Below are positions 54,121 to 64,000 of a stretch of 64,000 nucleotides of DNA, in pieces (the first letter of the stretch is position 1; each line of letters opens with the position of its first letter). The translations under genes were made by a program, and so were the position numbers. A model generated the notes under the pieces. The model saw only the letters and a program-made list of their open reading frames with translations, ran no database searches and was not told where the DNA came from. Source of the DNA: Azolla caroliniana (Eukaryota; Plantae; Polypodiophyta); assembly GCA_043228905.1 (NCBI GenBank), contig JBHGNT010000017.1, positions 6,696,001-6,760,000 on the forward strand, given 5' to 3'.

Positions 54121-54172
54121 CCAAACTTGTATAACAAGTTGAGGATGTAGTGCCGTTAAGAGATCATGATTC

Positions 54173-55589
54173 CGGCCGGAGTCCGAATTACCTCGATGAC
54201 GAGGAAGTTGTAGAGACTTCATTTGGTACATAAATACCAACAATCCAAATCATTTGCCCTTCATAATTTATCTCAACCACTATGTACCGACCATGTATAT
54301 CACTTTGAACCACCACTGGTTGCAAGGTATCTCACTATAGGTAAATATAGGTAAAGAAAACATTATAGTGCCTTCGGAGCAAAAAGGTAAAGGCGTTGTA
54401 GAAGAAGTGCTAGAAGAGTCTGAAACAGAGGAAAGACCTTGGACCAAGGTTGGTGCTAATGGAAGGTTCTCACGATATCATAAGAAGAATGTTCCATTAC
54501 AACAAAGACAGGAACTCATAGGTTCATCTAGCAATCCTATGGGGTTATCAAAGGTGGTTTCCAATCAATCTCAACGAAAATCAAAACCTTGGCTGAGGTT
54601 TCAGTATCAATCAAATGAAGGATCAAGACCTTTTAACCTTAGATTTGATAAAACTGGTAAAAACTCATTTCCCCATTAGAGAGTCCGAATTACGGCCGGA
54701 GTCCGAATTACCTCGATGACGAGGAAGTTGTAGAGACTTCATTTGGTACATAAATACCAACAATCCAAATCCTTTGCCCTTCATAATTTATCTCAACCAC
54801 CATGTACCGACCATGTATATCACTTTGAACCACCACTGGTTGCAAGGTATCTCACTATAGGTAAATATAGGTAAAGAAAACATTATAGTGCCTTCGGAGC
54901 AAAAAGGTAAACGCGTTGTAGAAGAAGTGCTAGAAGAGTCTGAAACAGAGGAAAGACCTTGGACCAAGGTTGGTGCTAATGGAAGGTTCTCACGATATCA
55001 TAAGAAGAATGTTCCATTACAACAAAGACAGGAACTCATAGGTTCATCTAGCAATCCTATGGGGTTATCAAAGGTGGTTTCCAATCAATCTCAACGAAAA
55101 TCAAAACCTTGGCTGAGGTTTCAGTATCAATCAAATGAAGGATCAAGACCTTTTAACCTTAGATTTGATAAAACTAGTAAAAACTCATTTCCCCATTAGA
55201 GAACCAACGTTGGAAAGGAGGTAATTCAAGAGTCATAGAGGCATTGGTCAATAACCAGCTACCATCTATACAAAATGCTTTTGCAGTTTTAAGTGATTAT
55301 TTTGGAGATATCCCAGAGATATTAGCTCAACGGGAACGCGATCAAGTTCTGAAGAAGTAACCTAATTAGTGTTGATGAAGATAGTCACATGGAATGTAAG
55401 GGGTGTTTGTTCTCCTTCTAAGAAGTTTGGTATGTGGAAAAATGTTTTCGAGGGGCAATGGGATATATTGTGTGCAATAGAGCATAAGGACCATGTTAAG
55501 TCTAGGTCTTTTATTCAGCATAATGGGTATCATGTCTGTTATGCGGGTGTCACCGGTGGATTTTATTCAGGTGTAATTCTTATTGTTAA

Positions 55590-55591
<2 letters not shown>
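54173..55591 (+). mobile_element. L1 5' fragment (probable ORF1 C-terminus and ORF2 endonuclease start) with a 520-bp tandem duplication
   Basis: MKIVTWNVRG...DILCAIEHK...SGVILIVKD ends in (CT)n; NAFAVL ends the upstream ORF; copies at 54173-54680 and 54693-55200. Confidence 0.8.
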
Positions 55592-55627
<36 letters not shown>

Positions 55628-55769
55628 ACTTGGATCTTGATCTTGTTTGCAACTACAATTGCCTTTGCTTCTCTTGTCAATATGTTCTTCCTTACCTTGT
55701 TCACCATCAACCAGAAGATCTTCATCTTTAAGAGTGTTGGTTTTTTTCCACATTTGACGGACGCTTACA

Positions 55770-56480
55770 ACACCATGCTCCTCCTTCCCACAAAGGCATT
55801 CGAAAATTCATATCTTGTGTGTAAGTCTTCCTCTCGTGTGTTCGTAAAAATGTCTTCTGACTTGGCGAGCGATTACAGCTTGCCCATGCTCCTCCGCTTT
55901 TCATGAAGGCATTCAAGTATTCATATCTTGTGTGTAAGCATCCCTTTGATGTGTTTGTTTGTCTTGTGAATTGGGGATCGATTCAGACTTGCCCATGCAC
56001 CTCTCCATTTCACAAAGGTGTTTGAACATTCATCTCTTGTGTGTAAGCCTCCCTCTTGTGTGTTCGTTTGTCTTGTGACTTGGGGAGCAATTTGGGCTTG
56101 CCCATTTCCTCCCCTTTTCATAAAGGTGTTCGAACATCCATGTCTTGTGTGTAAGCCTCCCTCTCGTTTGTTCATTTGTCGTGTGACTTGGGGTAGATTT
56201 GGGCTTGCCCATGCACCTCTCCTTTTCACAAAGGCGTTTGAACATTCGTGCATTGTGTAAGCCTTCCTCTTGTGTGTAGATTCATCTTGTGACTTGGATT
56301 CCTTTTGGTCGAGAACCTTGGTGGTTCTGCCTCATGACTTGGGGTTGATTCGGGCTTGCCCATGCACCTCTCCTTTTCACAAAGGCATTTGAACATTCGT
56401 GCATTGTGTGTGAGCTTTCCTCTTGTGTGTAGATTCGTCTTGTGACTTGGATTCATTTTGGTCAAGAACCCTGGCGGTTC
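55770..56480. repeat. Degenerate ~120-bp tandem repeat, ~5-6 units
   Basis: cttgcccatgcacctctcc.tttcacaaagg..tttgaacatt...tgtgtaagcctccctct recurs. Confidence 0.85.
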
Positions 56481-58751
56481 CACCTCACAATTTGCACTTA
56501 CTTGCAGATTTTCGCGACAGTGTGGCTGGTGCCTCGATCAAAATCATGTCTAGGGCAAGATTCTGATTCCATTGAATGTGTCGAGGTTGCCTCACCAAGG
56601 TTTCCTCTGGCTCATTGTTGGGTTCTTTCTTGGCTTTGGGTAAGAGGAGGTGGTATAGATTTGGATGGGGGGCCAACCTTTGGTGCACTTTCTTATTTTT
56701 TCTGTTGTGTAGGACTCCCATCACTATCCTCTAGGAGGACCACTTTGAGTTGTGGTCTTCGATGTGTGGTCACCATAGGTGATTCACAGTTTTCTTCTAA
56801 GTGGGTGGGTTTTTTTGCATCAGTCAAGCTTGTGTGGTGGACATGTCGTGAGTGTGTATGGCTCCTTCTAAAGCACAACTACTAATGATTGGGTCCCTGC
56901 AACATGTGTGGTGGGGAGAAGAACAACAAGGTAGCACTCAAGATTAGAGAGTTCATTGGGGCTGAACTTACATGCTAGAAAGCTTTTCTTTTGGTTGGTA
57001 ATGTCTTCTTTTGGTGTGGTAGCCATGTGAGTGACGAGGCAGTGGTTTGTTTGCTATCAGCCATTTCCTTTGTCCTTGATGGACTTGGTTGATAGACTCT
57101 TGTTCAGGAATTTGGATCATGGTTGTTTCATTGTCATCTTCCATGCGAGGCACTCGTACTATGCCGTATTGATCTTGGCAAGAACTAAATGGTGGTGGAG
57201 GTGGGGCGATTCAGAACTTTGTAGATAAATATCGCATAAATAAGGTCCTATCAAACAAAGGTCATGAATACCTTGGGTCATTCCCGCCACCATTGTACTT
57301 AGATGTGCAAACTCTGAGCCCAATTTACTGTTTGAAGGTCATGTGCCCATTTCACGAACTTCCCGACAATTCGGAGAATACTCTCTATTGTGGTAGTGTC
57401 TCCTATTTGGGGGATCGCACTTAAAAGTTTATACATTCACTTTTTTATACTTCCTTCCCATTCTTACAAATTACAGTTATGTCCGATTAGGGATTGTGGA
57501 CATTAATTAGCTCCCTCCTTTGGCTCTACTAAGCTTCTCCCTCAAGCTTAACAATAGGGGTATGTTATTATCTCTTCATCGAGGGAAGTCAAAAAATAGT
57601 TAGAGATTGAGATTTACTCATGGATGGTGGGTCGAGCTTCTACAATCCCCGAACGATGCCCAATCACTAGTTCTTTGGCGACATATTGGTAAGTCAATTG
57701 TTATTCGGCTAATGTTGTCTTCATTGTAAAATGAAAGTTGTGGGAGTTACATAACATGCCTACTTTATTCTATCTCTTTCCATAGTATGAGTAATACCTA
57801 TCTAGTCTCTAAATCTTCAACGTGAGAGCAAAGCATGTCAACTATTCAAATAAGTCGTTATTGCTTGAGTATTTGTGCACTAGCAAAAATGTACCCATTA
57901 AATAATGAACAAATACAACATAGAAAAGGTTTTGCCTAGTTTAATACATCTATATTCCCCAAACAACAACTTCCCATAAAATACATGCCAATCAAAACAA
58001 ACATTGAAAATCAACAAATGCAAAATATACCATATTGTCTGATTTTTGGTACCCTACATTGCTTGGTTTATTGATCCCGGCGTGATCTTGCATTCATGGC
58101 AAGTTACCCCACTTCAAATCAAAGGATGATTCATCTTTGATAGAAATGGTGATGTGGTCACACCAAACTCAACTTATATTTATATGTTTAATTTTGCAAA
58201 GGAAGCTAACTCAATGAAATCAAAGAAGTAACTTGACCTCTCATCAACTAAAGCCAAAATTCTAGTTGTCGTATCTACCAATAGAGGCAAAAGTTTGGCA
58301 ATTAACTTCTAATGGAGCTTGAGTTAGACATAGTGCATTAACAAGAAGATATTTTGTTAAAACCTTATTTACAAATGTTGGAGACAACCAATAGTAAATG
58401 CTAAACCACCAAAAGTTATTTTGTAATTAAGAATTTGCAACAATAACATTAGAATGTTCGAGTTCCTTACACTCACATAGAAAACTTAAGCGACACTAAA
58501 GTCTGGGCTTGTGACCGACTTGATTGAGATTGTAGAAATTGCGATAGCAAATACAATGCAGTTCATTGAGAACCCTTGCTCATGTTTCACCACCAAGGCC
58601 CAATGTAATAATGTATGGAATGTTCATTGTGAACTAATATGACATTCAACACACTTAATGTATGTTCATAACAAGTCAACTTGAGGACACATTCAGTGCA
58701 CATTTAGCTTATCACATAAAGAAAGAAATAATTTTTAGAAGAAAGAACAGA

Positions 58752-58832
58752 TAGGGTTACGCTTAGGGTTAGGGTTAGGCCTAGGGTTAGACCTGGGGCT
58801 GGGCTTGGGCTTGGGCTTGGGCTTGGGCTTGG
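58752..58832 (+). repeat. Interstitial telomere-like hexamer repeat (TTAGGG grading into CTTGGG)
   Basis: ttagggttagggttagg...gggcttgggcttgggctt. Confidence 0.75.
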
Positions 58833-60102
58833 TTTGCTTCACACAAAGAAAGAAAGAAAGCAAATATAGACACTATTATCAGAATTACACAAAGTACATC
58901 TGTACAATCTCAAATATTTGTAATAGGCAAAGGCACCATAGGACAATGTCCTTCAAATCTTTCATAAAAAAGACTAATCTTTTCAGAGAAATCTTCAGAT
59001 TTTTCATCTTTCTAGGCAAAACAATGTTTTGATTCGATGGTCAGCATCTAAAAAACAAATATTCTAGTTATATATACAGCATGAGTTTTTTTACACATGT
59101 TTCTACTAACATAAGACGTCCATATCAGTCATTAACAACTAAAGACAGACATCATCTGTAATACTCTCTTTTCAAAGACATGGCAAGTTGCTGCATCCAG
59201 AAATTTCAAGCAGACAAAATGATGTTTTGATATGATTTATCAATCTTCTCTATGTTATACATAAGTGGTTGTTCAAATTGAAGTATTAAATAACACATTT
59301 TATAACTGTTGTAGTTAGAATTCTGATGTCTTTTACAGGTTTTGTTGAAGAGAGATTGTGCATTCCTTCTTTAATGAATCTAGGATCACGGCAAGCTCAC
59401 AGACAAATCTTATAATTTTCACTTTCTTATATCATGTGCTTGTGTCATTTCACTTCATGACCACTAAACCCTAAACATGCTACTTGCACATCAGGTGATG
59501 TTTGCATGCTTAGAAGAATGGGAAAAAGGAAAGAAATTTACAAAGTAATGTAAAGCTTTGTTTTGTTTGCTCCAAAAGTGGGGAATAATTGTTAAAAAGA
59601 AATGGCCTTCCATAAATATGCGCCCACTCAACAAACGAATAGCAAGAAGCTGATCCCAGATATATGTGCATTGTGAAACAAAACACTGCTTTTTGAAACA
59701 TTGAATTGATTGATGGATGACGATGCCAATGACGATACCACTAACCTCTTCAGTGGAAACTTTGGATCCTGGTTTTGTATGCATCAGAAATAAAAGACTG
59801 CTTTTCGAAACATTGAATTGATTGACGAATGATGATGACAATGATACTACTTATCTCTTGAGCGGAAACTTTGAATGGATACTTGATTTTCTTATACATG
59901 TTTAACATTTGACATATATGATCAAGAGGATCATGAATGTCATATAAAATCTCATGTGAGTGGTGATTTGAGCCCCCTGCGAGAAGGTAACCCTTTTCTT
60001 TTCCATTTTCCATTCTGGAAAAAGAATGAATCCACTATTCCACTTTTCAAATTCAACTTGTCATAATGGATTATGGAATGCACTTGTAATTTCGTTATTG
60101 CA

Positions 60103-63100
60103 TCAGCCAGAAGACCTCCATATTCTTCCATCTATAGCAATAACCATCAGGGAAACATCATCGTGATACTTTCGCCTGTCACCTTGAGGAATATCCAACA
60201 ACTCATGGAAATCCATTCCTACACATTCATACACAGTGGTTAGACATCTTTGTTACCAAAGGAAACTTCCTATTGACTTGCTTTTAACAATCTTCTATTA
60301 GACATTACATAAAGATAGCCGGCAAGAGTATAAATCGTTCATATCTTTCTATATCAAGCTGCTGATATATATAAGAGCAATTTGAGTCTTTTTCGAAAAT
60401 TACTGCTGCTTCTATATCTACCGTTCAAGAATGACATAACATGAGGGCTAAAAAAAGACATGAAAAAAAACATTCAACTACACCAAATTCAAGAATGCCT
60501 ATCACATTTGAATTGTATTTAATAATACATTTAAACCATGGTTCCTTTTGCAAAGAAGCGCAATCATCATCAGCGCAAAAATCACAAGTTTTGTTTTATT
60601 TTACTCTGACAAGCAAAAACAAATCATATGTGATTGAAAAAATGCTTTAAATCCCAGTATCCAACTATGATTCTGTAAGTTGCATCAGTATCCTTGTTTT
60701 GTCTCCCATGTAGCATGCAAATGCAGCTTTGCCTCCGCATACCACATAAATGCTGTATAGATATTGCTCCTACATCTAATATTTTATCATGCATGGATGT
60801 ATAGTGTTATGGAGAGACTGTGCGAGCTATGCTTATAATTGCAAAATGATAAAAGAGGCATTATCTTGTGATGCAAAACATCGAAGAAAAACTGACTGAA
60901 AATTACAGAATTGCATTGAGCAACCGCAAAATCAACCAAAAACCATAGTAGCCATGAAGATTTTCCCATAGCAAAAAGAAGATAATCAATGATCTGGTCC
61001 AATTCATCCACAAAATGAGTTGTATTGGATATCATTGTTTGAACTAATTTGACAAGGTTCACAGCGAGATCTCTTCTTACAAAATGCATTTAGAGAGAAT
61101 CTGCATGCTTTCGCAGGCCCTCCAGAGAGTGGGAGATCAGCGGACAAGATTGTAAGAGGGCATTTACAGACCAAGAGTAAGGTGCTACAACTGCCAGCTA
61201 ATGAATTGTATTTGCTGTCGATAGAATTTGCTCACATAAGATCCTAATCCAATTAAATTTGGCCTCATTTAAGGGAGTTAGTTGGTAACCTATACCCACC
61301 TAACTGCCCTTATAAAGGCCCGCCACCAAACAACTCTTGAGTTCCTATCGGGTGATAGAATCAAAACAGCAGGAGTGGAGAAGACTTAACACGATACACA
61401 GATCAATCTCAAATCTCATGCTCAAAGGTATTTCATTATATTATCCCAGGTTGTTCATGATTGTTAAATGCAAGTGGTACCTCAAATCTTGTATCACCAA
61501 AACATCTTCCTCAAGGTAGAAACTCTACCTTTAGCAAAAGGAAAAGCAAATCTGCTTTTTTTTGGAATTACCCAGCCTCTACAACATAAAGTGTTATAAT
61601 TTTATATGCTTTTTTTTCTCTGCCTTCCATGCACATCTTCACAATTTTATCTTCTGAGTACATTAATTCTCTCTCCCAGGCACATGTTGTCCACTTTTAT
61701 TAATTCTATGGCCTTTTCATCTTTCTGACTCAAAGAGTTATTGTACCTATTCAGATCTATAAGCATATGATATGTCGTCTAGATATTGATGTTTTTCTTC
61801 TGACCCTGTTGTCTAGTTTACAGTTTATCACCACAATTTGTATCTTTCTACCTTGTATTCAAGCTAAGATGCAACCATTTTTCAAGAAATTAAATCTCAA
61901 TATGCTTTATGTGTGAATCATCTTTGAATTACACGTTCATAGAGTAAGGTTTATAAAACTAGATTGCTTCAATGTTGCTTGTCCAGAAGAAAACACAATT
62001 TAGAGAAAGGAGAAGAGATCCTTACCAGCTTTCTTAGCAGCACGAAACAGAAGTTCCTCAATGAGATATTGAGCAGGATCTCCTTCTGGGAATTTCTCCA
62101 TAAACCATTCTACATATGACACTACTTCTTGGTTGCTAAAGTATTGATAGAGACCATCTGAGGACAATATCAAAAACCGATCCTTCGGACCAAGTCTGTG
62201 ATGGTGCAATGCAGGTGTGCAATTAACATATGGAGAGGACCCAACGTACTCGATCTGAAACATTTCCAATATTGCACTATTCCACCTTGGCTGCACAATT
62301 TACATAAACAAATATTAGCACTATGCATTCATGCCCCCTAGGAATGTTTAAATGATGAACATAGCGGTTAATAATCATTTAAATCCAAGAAATTATTTCA
62401 ATGTTTGATATAAAAATATAGTTTGTTATTACACAAACAAGCATGTACAAAATGGTATATTATGACCAAACACATAAGCACCTTCTTCAAGAAACCAGCA
62501 CCAAAGGCTCGAGTCACTTTCAATGTCCCCTTCACACGATCATTGAGAATACATGTGTCATCATCAGGATGCTCAGCTTTGATTCGACAAACTTCCTATC
62601 AGAGAAATTATACAATCCCAGCAAAATCACTAATTTGTTGAGCTGAGATCACATCAAAAGTTTTGAATCAAGAAAAGAAACTCACCTCTTCAATACTTGT
62701 GCTATGATCTATTGAGAGCTGCACAGCATCTAATGAAGAATTGAATAGGGAAGGGCCAAAAGTTGTCACAAATCCCGACGCACAAGTTCCCACCGGACTC
62801 TCTTCTGAAATGCGTTCTAGATCTTGTCTACTGTGGTTGTCTCGCCCACAGCACCTTTTATTTGTATCACCATAGATAGAAGACAGCAAAGGTTGTTCAT
62901 TTCTTTCTTGAGCAACAATCGCTCGGCTATCACCTACATTTAGTACATACACATCTTTATCTTTCATTAATGCAACTAAAATACATGAACCCATCAAAGC
63001 AAGCTCCGGATTCTCCTCCAAAGCATGATCCGTCATAGCCAAGTATGATTCTTCTGTTAGTTCAAGTGCTCGGGCCAAAGCTCTAAGCACAGAATCATGG

Positions 63101-64000
63101 TCCGTATCCTTTGTGAGTTCCTTGCCCTCTACTAGAGATTCGCCTCTATTCAGATGAAACTTTTTATGACCCTCTTGGTTTTGACTTTTTCTGTTCATGA
63201 ACTTTGGGATCGAACAAGATTTTCCACTCCCTGTTGTGGAAACCCTTTCCTGTCTACTGTCATTCTTAACCAAGTCACTGTTATTTATATTCTTGACCCC
63301 AGCATTGTCACGAGAAGTCGGTGTTTCCTTCTGACGCATACCTGTTCTCATAAAACCTGCCTCCGAATTCTGTATAGATACATTGAGTATATTGGATGCC
63401 TTGCTTTCACGTTTTATGCTTGCACCACTCGGCTTCACAATAGCCTCGACATTTGCATCAGCAAGCAATTCCCTCAAAGTTCGATTTCGAGTAAGAACAA
63501 CATTATTGATCTCTCCTAGTGGGTGGATTTCAGGATGCACATCGTCACATTCAGAGTTATTTGTATTTACATTTGCTTCCCTGTTCTCAGAAAATTTCCT
63601 CTCTTTGATCTCATCCTCGGGGTCAATTTGATCAGAACCTTCCCTGGAGGAATCCCATAGAATCCCTTGTAGCTCCTTGTACACTGTGCTGTACAGATTC
63701 CTCATGAGAAAATCGGGTGCATCCGGGCCATTGAATCCATCATAGATACCAACGAAAAGCCACCGATGATCCTCAGACACAACCACATGGGCGCGATCTT
63801 CACCAGCCTTTCCTTGCGCCCATTGAATGTTATGAAACTCAAGAGGATCGGTATTATCTGAGCATGCAGATCGAAGCTCATAAGGGGTTTCGTATATAGT
63901 AGTATTTTCTTCTTTTGTTCCATTGTGCCGACAAGGCCCAACAAAGTGCCTAACCGGAGCAACAAGGGATCGCCGGGTGCGAGCAAGAGTGGAAGAGATT
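60103..64000 (-). CDS. Protein phosphatase 2C, clade C (POLTERGEIST/PLL-like), 5' partial; exons >64000-62686, 62595-62482, 62290-62026, 60218-60103
   Basis: [82 protein letters not shown]...GRIWRSS*; all introns GT-AG and in frame. Confidence 0.96.

Noticed and set aside
59686-59880. Duplicated ~90-bp segment containing ATGATGA as C/D snoRNAs
   Set aside because: No properly placed CTGA D box or terminal stem; more simply a local duplication downstream of the PP2C
60787-61089. 100-aa ORF within the last PP2C intron
   Set aside because: No recognisable motifs, and the PP2C splices in frame without it
61272-61310. Imperfect intronic hairpin as a miRNA precursor
   Set aside because: The ~14-bp stem is too short

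Overview
Repeat-dense eukaryotic plant DNA. The retroelement mix suggests a seed-free land plant such as a fern, lycophyte or bryophyte (inference only). About 57 kb is a nest of degenerate transposable elements: a large Sola2-like DDD DNA transposon with a spliced transposase, a convergent second gene and hairpin-bearing repeated ends; several Ty1/Copia elements; a Tcn1-like chromovirus; Athila/Tat-like Gypsy elements; a Gypsy family with 4-bp TSDs and a tRNA-Trp PBS, present as one gag-only element, one pol remnant and several solo LTRs; an L1 LINE; and an RTE-X-like LINE. Two pairs of reverse-complemented TSDs point to a ~24-kb inversion (about 30.27-54 kb). The only host gene is the 3' part of a POLTERGEIST/PLL-type PP2C on the minus strand (60103 to beyond 64000, at least 4 exons). 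All family assignments come from motif recognition by eye; no database searches were run.
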